Assembly: GCA_951406725.2 (NCBI GenBank)
Contig: OX597828.1
Location: forward strand, 71,114,001 to 71,178,000
Direction: 5' to 3'
Length of the DNA stretch: 64,000 nt
Source of the DNA: Octopus vulgaris
Taxonomy: Eukaryota
In this document: one piece after another, positions 26,201-38,140 of the stretch
Position numbering within the stretch: the stretch's first letter is position 1
Layout: each line of letters begins with the position of its first letter
Made by a program: the position numbers and the translations under genes
The notes under the pieces: model-generated
What the model saw: the letters and a program-made list of their open reading frames with translations, nothing else
Told to the model about the DNA's origin: nothing
Databases searched by the model: none

Positions 26201-27894
26201 AACTGGTACTTATAAATCCTGAAAGGATGAAAGGCAAAGTTAACCTTGGTGGAATTTGAACCTGGAACCTAGTGGCACATGAAATACTGCTAATCATTTT
26301 ACCCAGTGCTAACAATTCTACCTGCTCAATGCCTTAATAATAATTTCTGTTTTAGGCACAAGGCCTGAAATTTTAAGGGAGTCTAGTCACTTACATCATC
26401 CACCAATACTCAACTGGTTCTTATTTCATCGATCCTGATAAGATGAAAGGCAAAGTCCATCTTTGTGGCATTTAAACTCAGATGTAAAGACAGACAATAA
26501 TGACACCAAGTGTTTTTGTCTGAGGTGAGGCTGACAGTTCTGCCAGCTCATTGCCTTTTCAACATTTCATAATAATGAAATGACTTTTGTACAAATAGTC
26601 TTTTAATAGTGACCACCCTGTTGGCAGTAATTTATTTTAATGATATATTTAATGTTGCACAGGCATGGCCCTGTGGTTAAGACCTTTGCTTCCCGACCAC
26701 AGTTTCAGGGTCAATCTCACTGCAAGGAACCTTGGGCGAGTGTCCTCTACGATAGCCCCAAGCTAGTGTAGAAACCTTGTGACTAGATTTGGTACTGCTA
26801 GGGTTTCCTTGTTTTGACATCGTGTGATAGTTGTAAATGAGTGTCACTGTCATACAAGCAGTGTCATTTGTCTCCAATCTGCTATGAAAACATGTCTGGC
26901 CATGGAGAATTTTAGCTTGCTTTGGAAACAAATGAGGATCGGGATAAGGGCCTGCGCCCATTAAAAAAAAACAAAAAAACTGCCTCATCAAATTCTATGT
27001 GGCCCATGCAAGCTTAGGAAAATAGAAGTTAAAAACAAGTGGAGACTTGGTGGTCAGAATGTTGACTCACGATCGTAAGATTGTGGTTTCAATTCCTGAA
27101 CTGGGCGACGCATTGTGTTCTTGAACAAAACACTTCTTTACACGTTGCTCCAGTCGACTCAGCTGGCAAAAATAAGGAATCCTGTGACAGACTGGTGTCC
27201 CGTCCAGTGGTGGGGGAAAGAAATATGAAACTGGCCCCGATGTGTCTATATTGATTGAAGAAGGAACTTTACTCTTTTTACTTTGAAAGAAAATGTGAGC
27301 AACAGTTAAGAGAAAGACTGGTCTACGAGATGACAGATATCAAACGAATGTCCTTACTTGGGAAGAACTGTAGAATAGCAGGCATCACCAATAACCTGGA
27401 GGTCACAGCTGCAACTGGCTCCATCAACTTCAAACAATAAAACCTCTATGGTGACTTGTTTATTAGGACAAAAACCAATAAACAACAATGTTATCTCCAA
27501 AGGAAATTTCCTCTTAGCTCTTATTTCCAACTTCATCCGGACCAATCCTAAATTTCTTCCTTAAAATGTTTCCTTGTGTTTTGTTTTCCTTAACATCAGC
27601 CACTAACTCCTAAATCAGTGGTTCTCCTTTTCTTTTAACCTATGGACCCCTTTAATTCCTATTTTACTCTGCTGGACGATCCATAGCCATTTGATGTATA
27701 TCAGAAAAATCCTGTTATATTTTTATGATTCGAGGAATTTTTTTTAAAAATTGAAATATTTTGTGTATTGTAAAAATATAACCAATTTATTGCAGATGAA
27801 TTTTAACAAAATCTTGCCTGGACCCTGGTTGAGACCCATTATTTTAAACTGTCAATTTTTCTAACATAAGCACCAGGTTGCAAATTTGAGGGAG

Positions 27895-28424
27895 ACTGGC
27901 GTCTGTGCTAGCAGGGTGCAAAGAGCACCATACGAGTGTGATCACTAACAGAGCGGCTAACCGGCTTCCATGCCAGTGGAACTTAAAAGGCACCATTCAA
28001 GCGTGATCGTTACCAGCGTCACCTTATTGGCATTTGTGCCCCGTCCTAGTAGGGTGCCAAGAGCACCATCCAAGCGTGATTGTTGCTAGAGCAGCCAACT
28101 GGCTTCCATGCTGGTGACACGTAAAAGGGCACCATTCGAGCGTGATCGTTACCAACGTCGCCTTACTGGCTCCTGTGCCGGTGGTATGTGTAAAAAGATT
28201 CGAGTGAGGTCGTTGCCAGTACCGCCTGATTGGCCCCCGTGCTGGTGGCACATAAAAAGCACCCACTACACTCTCAGGGTGGTTGGCGTTAGGAAGAGCA
28301 TCCAGCTGTAGAAACTCTGCCAAATCAAGATTGGAGCCTGGTGCAGCCCTCTGGTTCACCAGTCCTCAGTCAAAATCGTCCAACCCATGCTAGCATGGAA
28401 AGCGGACATTAAACGATGATGATG
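27895..28424 (+). mobile_element. SINE with internal tandem repeats and an RTE-like tail ending (GAT)n
   Basis: Repeated caccattcgagcgtgatcgttacc units, then ...aacccatgctagcatggaaagcggacattaaacgatgatgat; relatives at ~42605-43035 (-), 47580-47745 (-), 62200-62395 (+), 933-998 (+). Confidence 0.8.
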
Positions 28425-29195
28425 GTTCCCAGGTTCAGTCCCACTGTGTGGCACCTTGGTGTGCCACTGTGCCACTGTGTGGCACCTTGGTCATCCAGTC
28501 ATAGAAAATCTGCCAAAGCAAACAACTGGAACTTGGTGTAGCTCTCCAGTTTCTGTCAAACTACCCAATCCATCCATGCCAGCATAGAAAATGGATACTA
28601 AATGAGGATGATTTACATTAAGGGTGCACAGGCATGGCTGTGTGGTAAGAAGCTTGCTTCCCAACCACATGGTTCCAGGTTCAGTCTCACTGTATGGCAC
28701 CTTGGGCAAGTGTCTTCTACTATAGCTTCACCTCAACCACAGACTGGTGAGCAGAATGTGTGAATGGAAACTGAAAGGAGACCCTCGTGTGTATTTGTTC
28801 CTTGCCATCACCTGGTAACTGGTGTTGGTGTGTTTACGTTCCTGTAACTTAGCGGTTTGGCAAAAGACCTGTAGAACAAGTACCAGGCTTAAAAAGTTTG
28901 AGTAAAACTGTTCGATGCAGTGCTCCAGCATGGCTGCAGTCTGAGTGAAGAAGTAAAAGATAAACACAATATTTAATATTTTAATTAATTTAAAAATAAC
29001 AATTCAAAACTTCAATTTTTTCCCCCCAGAGTTATTTAACAAAAAAATGGTCTATTCAAACTTTTTTTTTCTTTTTCGTATATATATAAATATTTAAAAG
29101 TTGAGGTAAAGAAATTAAATGGATTAATGGATTGCTGCTTTGAAAGCTTGAACAGCAGCGAGGGCAGCTAGGTCTTCGTGGACGATTTGTGTGGG

Positions 29196-29433
29196 TTACT
29201 GTATCTTCTTTTTGGGTCTAAACATGCTAAGGATCTGTTGTAAGACTTCTGTGAAGACTAGAGTACCACCAAACACCAAGGTCGCACCGAGCCAATGCAG
29301 TGTAGTGAAGGGGTTCTGAAAGTACCAAATGCTGAAAAGGAGACTTGCAAATTTCCTCAGTGTTACGACTAGAGTCACTGTGAGAGAAGTACATTCTGTG
29401 GTGAGAATGAACACACTACGGATGCATACATAT
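29196..29433 (-). CDS. SLC35B4: SLC35B4 (UDP-xylose/UDP-GlcNAc transporter) last coding exon (YVCIRSVFILTTECTSLTVTLVVTLRKF...RPKKKIQ*)
   Basis: Acceptor ccccAG, TAA at 29196-29198; closely resembles the recalled human segment YVCIRGVFILTTECASLTVTLVVTLRKFVSL; ends in a KKxx-type dilysine motif. Confidence 0.95.
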
Positions 29434-31301
29434 CTGGGGAAAAAGGATAAGGAAAAATAGATGGCGTTTTTTTGTTGTTTTTTTTTAATAAAAACAGGAT
29501 TACTGAAAATGGAAAAGAAATTTGAAAGCCAGTCATTATTTTACATGTTTTTTGTTTGTTTGTCCCCCCTATCCTCCATCATTGTGTATCAACTTGTGTT
29601 TTGGCCCTACATCTAACATACACAGCAACAGTTCTAACCCAACAATTTTTGTTGTTTTGATGTAGTTTTAATAGCTGGATGCCCTTCACTTATTACCAAC
29701 TACAGGACGTATTTCATCTTGTCACTCTGACAGGACTAAAAGCTTTTATCTGCCCTGTATTGACATTAGTAATTAGAATCTGTTTATTTCTGAAAAGAAG
29801 CTGCAAGAAATGCTGTTTAGCATTTTGCCCAATAATACTGATTCTACCAGCTCACTGCCATAATAATCCTTTCTCCTAATGGCATAAGGCTTGAAATTTT
29901 GGTGGTGAGGTGACTGGTCGATTACATCAACCCCAGTACTTTACTGGTATTTTATTTCATCAACCCACGGATGGATGAAAAGCAAAGTTGACCTTAATGG
30001 GATTTGAACACACAATGTTAAGATCTGGACGAAATAACACAAGGCATTTTGCCCAACTTAATTCTTTCTAGGTTAGGCACAATACCTGAATTTTGGGGGT
30101 TGGGGGGTTAGTTGATTACATCAACCTGCCCCCTATTTATTTAATTGATCCCAAAAAGATGAAAGGCAAAGCTGACCTCAGCAGAATTTGAACTCAGACT
30201 GTAATGGCAGACAAAATGCTTGGCTGCAGTTTGTCTGGTATGCTGACAATTCAGTCAGCTTGTTACCTTGCCTTAATAATAATCCTTTCTACTATAGGCA
30301 CAAGGCCTAAAATTTTTGGGGAAGGGACCAGTTGATAACATTGACCCCAGTGTGTAACTGGTAATTAATTTATTTGAACTCAGAACGTGAAAACAGACGA
30401 AATATCATTAAGCATTTCACCTAGTGTGCTAACAAATAATAATAATAATCCTTTCTACTAAAGACACAAGGCCTGAAATATTGTGGGAGGGGATAAGTTG
30501 ATTACGTCGACACCAGTGCGTAACTGGTACTTAATTTATCAACCCAGAAAGGATGAAAGGCAAAGTCAACCTCGGCACAATTTGAACTCAGAACGTAAAG
30601 ATGAACAAAATACTTCAAAGCATTTCGCCTGGCGTGCTAACAATTCTACCAGCTCGCCCCCTTAATAACAATAATAATAAAAATAATTAGTAGGAGGTGA
30701 ATGTTGTGGTATTGTTTTGTATAGTTTTCAATCTGTGCTTCTACAGAAACTTTATTCAATGGATTAACATGATCTACATGGACATACTGTGCAAAATTCC
30801 TATTACTGGAATAATCCAGCTCACTTAGATCTAATCCTTAGAAACCTGTTAATATAAATTTTTGTATTGAGCGGGCAAGATGTTCAGGTCAGTCTGCTGT
30901 TATTAATTAGAGACAGGAGACTCATCTTAACTAATTGAGATTATTAACTAATGTAACACAAATCATTGAAGTTAATTAGTAATCAATGTAATACACTTAA
31001 TTGAGATTAATTACAAGAAAATCAATTTTGGTTAATTACTAATCTAATATATTAAATGCTATTAAGGTTAATTGCTAACTAATGTAACATATGAAGTTGT
31101 TACTAACTAAAGCACTGTGATTAGATGGGATTAAGTATATGGATGAGAGAGAGAGAGAGTTTGATAAAGGATTGAGTGAGTGAGGGAGGGTTGTATGTGG
31201 TTGGTCTCCTTCCAACCCATGCCAGCATGGAAAAACATGGAAAACAAACGAATGAATGATAATGGTGATGAGTGGGCTTTGATATTTGAAGAAAAGGATA
31301 C
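29434..31301 (-). other. U12-type (minor spliceosome) GT-AG intron, last intron of SLC35B4
   Basis: 5' splice site GTATCCTTTT matches the U12 consensus RTATCCTTT. 3' end TTTTTCCTTATCCTTTTTCCCCAG has a TTCCTTA(T) branch-like box close to the AG. Confidence 0.85.
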
Positions 31302-31374
31302 TGTGTCAAAACATTTCCCAGCAAAAACAACCACATTTTGGGGATGCCGAAATTCAAAACGGAAACAAGTTGAT
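31302..31374 (-). CDS. SLC35B4: SLC35B4 exon (QLVSVLNFGIPKMWLFLLGNVLTQ)
   Basis: Acceptor cccacAG, donor GTATCCTTTT; 73 nt, phases 1/2 consistent. Confidence 0.92.
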
Positions 31375-33323
31375 CTGTGGGAAAGGAAGAAAGAAAAAGG
31401 TAAGTTTAGGAATGACATTGGTTTAAGGAGGCTCAAAGCGTTTTTGATGCTCCCGACGAAACTTTAGGAGATGCACTCGTACCCACTGCACCTGAGCCTA
31501 ATTGGTGTCTTTCAGGAGGAAATTATATATTTAAAGAAAAAACATGAATTTACAAATGTCTCTTGCTTTTAAGTTAGCAATGATTTAACAGATCTATGAT
31601 CAGAGGCGTTCCAGATATGGCCATCCTGTCTTTTTGTGTATCTAACACTATACTGTCCAATAGATAATTCTTTTTCAAGTAAGGTACAATTTGAGGGATT
31701 TAGCTATTAATTTTAGCCAGTCAAGCTCCCTCAAATGTCTTAATTGTAAACTGTTTAATTCAAATAAGATGCCAAAGTTATTCTACATTCTTTACTGTTA
31801 TCAGTAATTGGACTGTGGCCAAACTGGGACACCACATTCAGGGGTTTCACTCACATTAACCCCAGGAGTTAATGATTTGATTAACAGCCATCAATAAAAT
31901 GTTTGACAAAGGGCCGTAACTCAACTCACCAGTTGACATTGTCAAACACGGGGAGTGGGGTGGACACACACTAATGTTCCTAGATTGGGTGGTGAATTTC
32001 TATCATTTTATGATGAGCATTCGTTTGATCAACTGAATTAATGTGTAATAGTGGCAGCGTATTCCACAGACATCTTTTTATCTTTTCAGCCATGCTGGAA
32101 AACCACCTTGGAGAATTTCTAGTTGAATGAACCAACCTAGTACTTTCTTTTTGTTTTTGTTAAGCCTAGCATGTACTTTGTTGACCTATTTTACCAAACC
32201 ACTAAGTTATGAGGGAGGATGTAAACACACCAACACCAGTTGTCAAGCGGTAAGGCCGGGGACACACACAACGTGCTTCTTTCAGTTTCCATCTACCAAA
32301 GTCAACCCAAGGCTATAGTAGAAGATATTTGGCCAAAGTGCTACAGTGGGACTGAACCCGGAAGTGTCCATTTTCTATGCTGGCATGGATGGATTAGACA
32401 TTTCGACAGGAACTGGAGAGCTACACCAGGTTCCAATTGTCTGTTTTGGCAGGTTTTCTATGACTGGTTCCTCTTCGTAACGCCAACCACTTTACAGAAT
32501 GCACTGGGTGCATTTTATGTGGTGCCAGCACAGGTGCTTTAAATGTGCTTTTAAAATCAAATTGACCGACAGGTGTGACAAAGCTGCACCTGTTGTATTA
32601 CAGGTACAATTCTTTGACAGCCTTTGTCTACCCAAGTCCACAACCAAAGTATGGTTCAACTTGAGACTATAGAAATGTGACAATTGCCTGAGATACCACA
32701 CAATGGAATTGAACCTGGAGCCATGAGGTTGGGAAGCATACCCCCCAACCATTCAATGTACTGCACCTCTACTCCCAGCATTAAATGCATATTTGCTAAT
32801 TAAATTTTCTTTCCTTCCTTTATTAACTAAATTATAAATTGGTGCAGACATGGCTGTGTGGTTAAGAAGCTTGTCTTATAATCCTGTAGTTTGGGGTTCT
32901 GTCCCATAGTGCAGCACCTTGGGCAAGTGGTTTCTGCAGTAGCTCAGGGAGAACCAATGCTTTATGAGTGAATTCTCTGTGCATCTGTTGGTTTGTTTGC
33001 ATTCCTATAACTAAGTGTTTCAGCCAGAGAGACTGAAAAAAAGTAAGTACTATGGTTAATTTGTTTGACTAAACCTTTTAAGGTGGTGCCCCAGCATGGC
33101 CGCTGTCCAATGAGTGAAACTAGTAAAAGGTGAGTAGCCAAGAAAGAAAAGTCTTGGTTAATTCTGGTTAAGAAAGGCGAAGGGCCATGGAGTGAATCAC
33201 TTCTTTGATAACTGTTATGATATTTCAAATCATTCTACTGTAACAGGTTTTATAGTTCTATATTTAAGAGATGAGGAATTATTTACATTAGACAGATATT
33301 TGTCCTCATCTTGTTTGTTGTTA

Positions 33324-33367
33324 ACACAACGTTTTGGCTGATATACCCTCCAGCCTTCATCAGGTGT
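33324..33367 (-). ncRNA. Minimal type-I hammerhead ribozyme motif, family A, G12>A mutated copy
   Basis: Minus strand: ACAC-CTGATGA-A-GGCTG-gagggtatat-CAGCC-(A)AAA-CG-TT-GTGT; stems I and II pair, stem III is the palindrome ACGT. Confidence 0.75.
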
Positions 33368-33604
33368 CTTGGGGAAATTTCGAACCTGGGTTCTCATTAC
33401 TAAGGTATTTTTCGATATTATTATTATTCAGGTCACTGCCTAGAATCGAACTCAGAATCTTGGGGTTAGTAGCCCGAGGGCATAGTGGTTAAGAGCACGG
33501 GCTACTAAACCCCAAGATTCCAAGTTCAATTCCAGGCAGTGACCAAAATAATAATATAAAATAATACCTTAGTAATGAGAACCCAGGTTTTAAATTTCCC
33601 CAAG

Positions 33605-33648
33605 ACACCTGAAGAAGGCTGGAGGGTACATCAGCTGAAACGCTGTGT
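33605..33648 (+). ncRNA. Minimal type-I hammerhead ribozyme motif, family A, U16.1>C mutated copy
   Basis: ACAC-CTGAAGA-A-GGCTG-gagggtacat-CAGCT-GAAA-CG-CT-GTGT; CUGANGA and GAAA cores intact. Confidence 0.75.
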
Positions 33649-34037
33649 TAACAACAAACAAGATGAGGACAAATATCTGTCAAATGTAAATAATGTAACA
33701 GGTTTAACCAAGTGTGAAGAGGAAATGTATATTTAGAAGAAAAAAAAACCCAATAAGTACAAATGAAACTTAAACCATTGATATAAAGCATAGGATCCAG
33801 TATCAAGTGGTGTAGCATAGGATTTTAGCCCCTTCTTTTGATCTGCAGTTGTTTGTGTTTCATCTAGCTTCTTGTATATCACAATGTTGCCAGGAGCCGA
33901 GAGTATTAAATATTATCTGAGCATGACAAAGGAAATCATTCTTGGCCACTAATATCTGAGATACTGAAGGAGCTTTTATGTAGTCACTTGATCTGCTAGA
34001 AATAACAAACAAATCTCTCTCAAATTACACTCTACAT

Positions 34038-34259
34038 TAGTGGTCCTCAACCGAGGTCCACCTAAAATTTTGTTAAAATTTATGTGCAATAAATTGGTTA
34101 AACCTCTAAAATGCACAAAATATTTTAGCATTTTTTTCATACCATTCCTAATAATATTTAATTCTAAAAATATAGGACTTTTAAAAAGGCTAAATGGCTA
34201 CTGGGCATCCAGGAGAATTAAATAGGGATCCACAGGTAAAAAATGGTTGAAAACCACTA
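34038..34259. mobile_element. hAT-type MITE
   Basis: TIRs TAGTGGTCCTCAACC / GGTTGAAAACCACTA with 8-bp TSD CTCTACAT. Relatives at 53947-54200 (TSD ATTTAGCC) and ~27616-27841. Confidence 0.85.
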
Positions 34260-34273
34260 CTCTACATCTTTAA

Positions 34274-34494
34274 CCCTTTTGATACCAACCCAGCTGAAAC
34301 TGGTTTTGGCTCTGTGATACAAATGTCTTGTTTTCATAAGTTTTGAATTAAAATCTTCCACCAAACCTTAGTCATAATTTATGTTCCTAAAACCAACTTA
34401 ATGATAACTATGTTATTTTACAAAATTCTTTGTTATATTTAAAATAATTGAAAACAACACAGAGCATCTCAAAATAAATACAGTAACGAAAGGG
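34274..34494. mobile_element. piggyBac-type MITE
   Basis: TTAA|CCCTTT...AAAGGG|TTAA; another copy starts at ~63969; related copies at ~53693-53915 and ~4640-5150. Confidence 0.8.
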
Positions 34495-35782
34495 TTAACA
34501 CACAGGCATGTAGCCGAAGATACACCAAAGTCTGGATGAAAGACAGGATGGTCATGTGTGGAATACCTCTGCTCAGTTAAAGCTGATTAACAATCTAGTC
34601 TACAGAATTATTTTTGCTGAAACCTTACACCTTCTTTTATTTGTCACACACCTGAAGTCTGATGTCACAATCTGCCGAAAACAAGTCACAGATCATCTGG
34701 GAATATTTTCTTTAGATAAACTGGCAACTTATCCCAAGTGGGGATTTATCTCTTATCCTAAACCAAACCAAACATCAGCCTCTACTAGTGTTGCTGTAAT
34801 CAGGTAAGTAAGGTCAGGGGTTGTGCAGTGTTTTGCTTAGGGCCCAGCACAGTGCTTCTGTCAGGAAATGAACTCTTAACCAACAGAGAGAATCTAACAA
34901 TATCTACTTCACCATTGCATTACACAACAACGTTTTCAATTCCAGGCACAAGGCCTGAAACGTTTAAGAGAAGGGGGCAGGTAAGTTACATCAACCCCAT
35001 TGCTTAACTGGTATTTATTTTATTGGCCCCGAAAAGATGAAAGACAAAGTCAACCTTGGTGGAATTTGAACTCAGCACATAAAAAACTGATGGAAATGCC
35101 ACAGAGCACTTTGTCTGCCATGCTAACAATTCTGGTAGAAGGCCAGTAATTCTGAGAGGAGGGAACAAGTCGATTATACTTACCTCCAGTACATGACTGG
35201 TACTAAGGATGAAAGGCATAATTGACCTCCATGGGGCTTGAGCTAGAAGAAGGGTCACTAAGCTAACAATTCTGCCACCTCACTGCCTAATAATAATCCT
35301 TTCTAATTTTGGCACAAGGAGGGGGAATAAGTCAATTACATTGATTCCCAGTACCCAACTGGTGCCTTTTTTATTGACCCTGAAAGGATGAATGGTAAAG
35401 TCAACCATTGCAGCATTTGAACCTAAAGACAAACGAAATCCCACTCAGCATTTTATCCAATGTGCTGACAATTCCACCAGCTCACTTCCTAACAATACTA
35501 AGGTTTTCAAATTTCGGCACAAGGCCAGCAATTTCAAGGGAGTTGAATGGAGAGGGTGAGTGAGTGGATTACATCACCTTCAGTGCTGGACTGGCAATCA
35601 TTTTATCGACCCTGAAAGATGAAAGACAAAGTTGACCTCTGCAGAATTTGAACTCAGAAAGTAACAACAGACAAAACGCCACTCAGCATTTTCCCCGTCA
35701 CGCTACCTTAATGGTAACCATGGCTATAAAGTGCAAACTTAAGTGAACAAATACTGAAAGGTTTTTGAAACACTTCACTTAC

Positions 35783-35858
35783 CAGACTGTGAAAACAGGA
35801 TTACATGTTTGTAAATGTCTGGAGCAAGCAGTAAAAAGCCCGGCAGTGGGAGAGCATG
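35783..35858 (-). CDS. SLC35B4: SLC35B4 exon (HALPLPGFLLLAPDIYKHVILFSQS)
   Basis: Acceptor catttcAG, donor GTAAGT; 76 nt; HALPLPGF motif conserved in the family. Confidence 0.95.
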
Positions 35859-38030
35859 CTGAAATGAGAAAAAGAAACCATCAGGGAATTGTCCACAGCC
35901 CCTATGTAAATTGAATGCCCTTCCTCACCCTCAATCACAGCTATAAATTCAATTTCTGTTAAGATTAATATGACTATCTTTGGTCATGTAAAACTCAGGA
36001 TTGTTGAAGAGAAAAAGATTTTATAGACATCTGCGTGTTTTATTAAAGCCATCGTCTCTCGTAGGAAAAAGCTGTGAGGCACAATTGAAACTGTGTTTAC
36101 TGGAGCAGGAGTAGAAACAAGAGACAACATTTAATAGTGAAGAGATACTTTCTATGAAATAAAAAAACCTGTTTATTCAGGTCACTGCAATGAAAACACC
36201 TGAAACACAATCTTAGAGATTTCAAGGTTTTAAGAATATTCATCATCATCTCTTTAACATCCACATTTCTACGCATGCATGGGTCGGACAAAATTAGTTG
36301 AGGTGGCCACATCTGGATGTTCTTCCTGTCACCAACACTTACCTGTCTCCAAGGAAGGTAATGTTCCTCCATGACCAGACATGCTTCTGCAGAAGATTGG
36401 AAAGGACGGACACAGCTTTCGTACAGTAACGCTTGCATACAACCATTACACAATGCCAAGTCAAAGTGAGACAGTAACACATACAATTGACAGGCTTCTT
36501 TTAGTTTCCATCTACTAAATCCACTCTCAATGCTTTGGTTGGCCCAGCACCATAGTAGAAGATACTTACCCAAAGCGCCACGCAGTGGAACTGAACCCTG
36601 GACCATGTGGCTGGGAAGCAAACTACATACCACACAGCCACACCACACTTCATACCATTCTAATTTAAGCACAAGGCCAGCAATTTTGAGGGGAAGGACC
36701 TATTTGATGCCATTGAACCCAGTACATGACAGGTATTTTAGTTTATTGACCCAGGAGGGATGAAAGACAAAGTTGATTTTAAAGGAAATTGAATTTTATA
36801 CTGAGGTCAACTTTACTTTTTAACCCCTCTCACACCAGGACTGATGGTCAGTTAAATCAACTGATCCCTTCTTAAATCTCAAGCCTTGGGCCAAAATTTG
36901 AAATTATTATTACTATTATTACTCAGGTGGCAAGCTGGCAGAACCGTTAGCATGCCGGGTGAAATGCTTAGTGGTATTTCATCAGCCGCTACATTCTGAG
37001 TTCAAATTTTGCCGAGATCGACTTTGCCTTTCATCCTTTCGGGGTCGATTAAATAAGTAACAGTTATGCACTGGGGTCGATATAATCGACTTAATCCGTT
37101 TGTCCTCTCTGTGTTTAACCCCTTGTGGGTAGTAAAGAAATAGGTATTTCACCAGTTGCTATGTTCTGAGTTCAAATTCCGCCAAGGTTGGCTCTGCCTT
37201 TTGATTCTTTTGGGAGTCAATAAAAATAAGGACAGCTATTTGCCAAACAATGGATTGGCAACATCATTAGAGCTTTGCAGCGTTTGCTCCTGCTCTTTGC
37301 TCTAATGCTTGGTATGGCCAATGTACCTGGGCCAGGTACTCGACACTGCTTCCTTCAGTGTAGCAAACTGATATTTAACATCCCATTTCAGTGGTTGGTA
37401 GTGCAGTGCCTTTGAATAAGGCATTTATCAATGGTTGACTTACTTCACTCGTATTCCTTTTTCCTAGATCCTGTGTATTTAGCAACAGGAACGGAATGGT
37501 GTCCAATTGTAGAACCCAGTTACCACCGAGAAATAACTTATCACAACACACACTCATTCATCCTTGTCATTTTAGTGTCCATTTTCCAACACCTGCAGCG
37601 TTCAGACAGAATTCATCGAGGTGGGTCCTTTTTAGGGCAAGATGCCCTTTGTGTTGCCAACTCACACCTGTTCGCAGGTAAAGTAATATTTCCCCATGAA
37701 CAGACAGGTTTCTCACAGAAGATCAAGAAATGAATGACACCACTTGTATAACAGTGAGGTTTGTTTACAACAATCACAAGACAAGGATACACACACATGA
37801 CAGGCTTCTTTCAGTTTCCAACTTCCAAATCCACTCACAAGGCTGTAACAGACGGCAGTTGTGCAAAGTGAGTGCCACAGTGTAGGACTGAACCCTAAAC
37901 CACATGGCTGGGAAGCAAACTTGTTAACCACACAGCCAAGCCTGATAAACAATTGCAGTAAAAAAAGCATTCTAAGAAGCAAAATCACTTTGGAAACCTA
38001 AATCTGAGATCAAAGTTAAAATTAACTTAC

Positions 38031-38140
38031 ATTGAAGAATAATGCTTCTGAAGGATGTTTACCAAACTTCTTATAAATAACTTCTTGGAAGATTCCCATT
38101 CTGGCCGACATAAATAGAGCAAACAACAACATAAAAATTC
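38031..38140 (-). CDS. SLC35B4: SLC35B4 exon (GIFMLLFALFMSARMGIFQEVIYKKFGKHPSEALFFN)
   Basis: Acceptor ttttccAG, donor GTAAGT; 110 nt; MSARMGIFQE and FGKH motifs. Confidence 0.95.

Larger units (their letters stand above)
33251..33693. mobile_element. Head-to-head inverted pair of a tRNA-headed, hammerhead-bearing short retroelement, inserted as one unit
   Basis: Arms ~33290-33476 and ~33498-33693 are reverse complements. 12-bp direct repeat TGTAACAGGTTT at 33239-33250 and 33694-33705. A-box-like GGGCATAGTGG and B-box-like AGTTCAATTCC at 33478-33533. Confidence 0.85.

Noticed and set aside
27930-28250. CRISPR-like repeat-spacer appearance
   Set aside because: Internal tandem repeats of a eukaryotic SINE; intervening segments are related to each other and no cas genes are present.
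33478-33544. Possible functional tRNA gene
   Set aside because: A/B boxes are present but there is no acceptor stem, and it is embedded in a repeated element; it is a SINE head.
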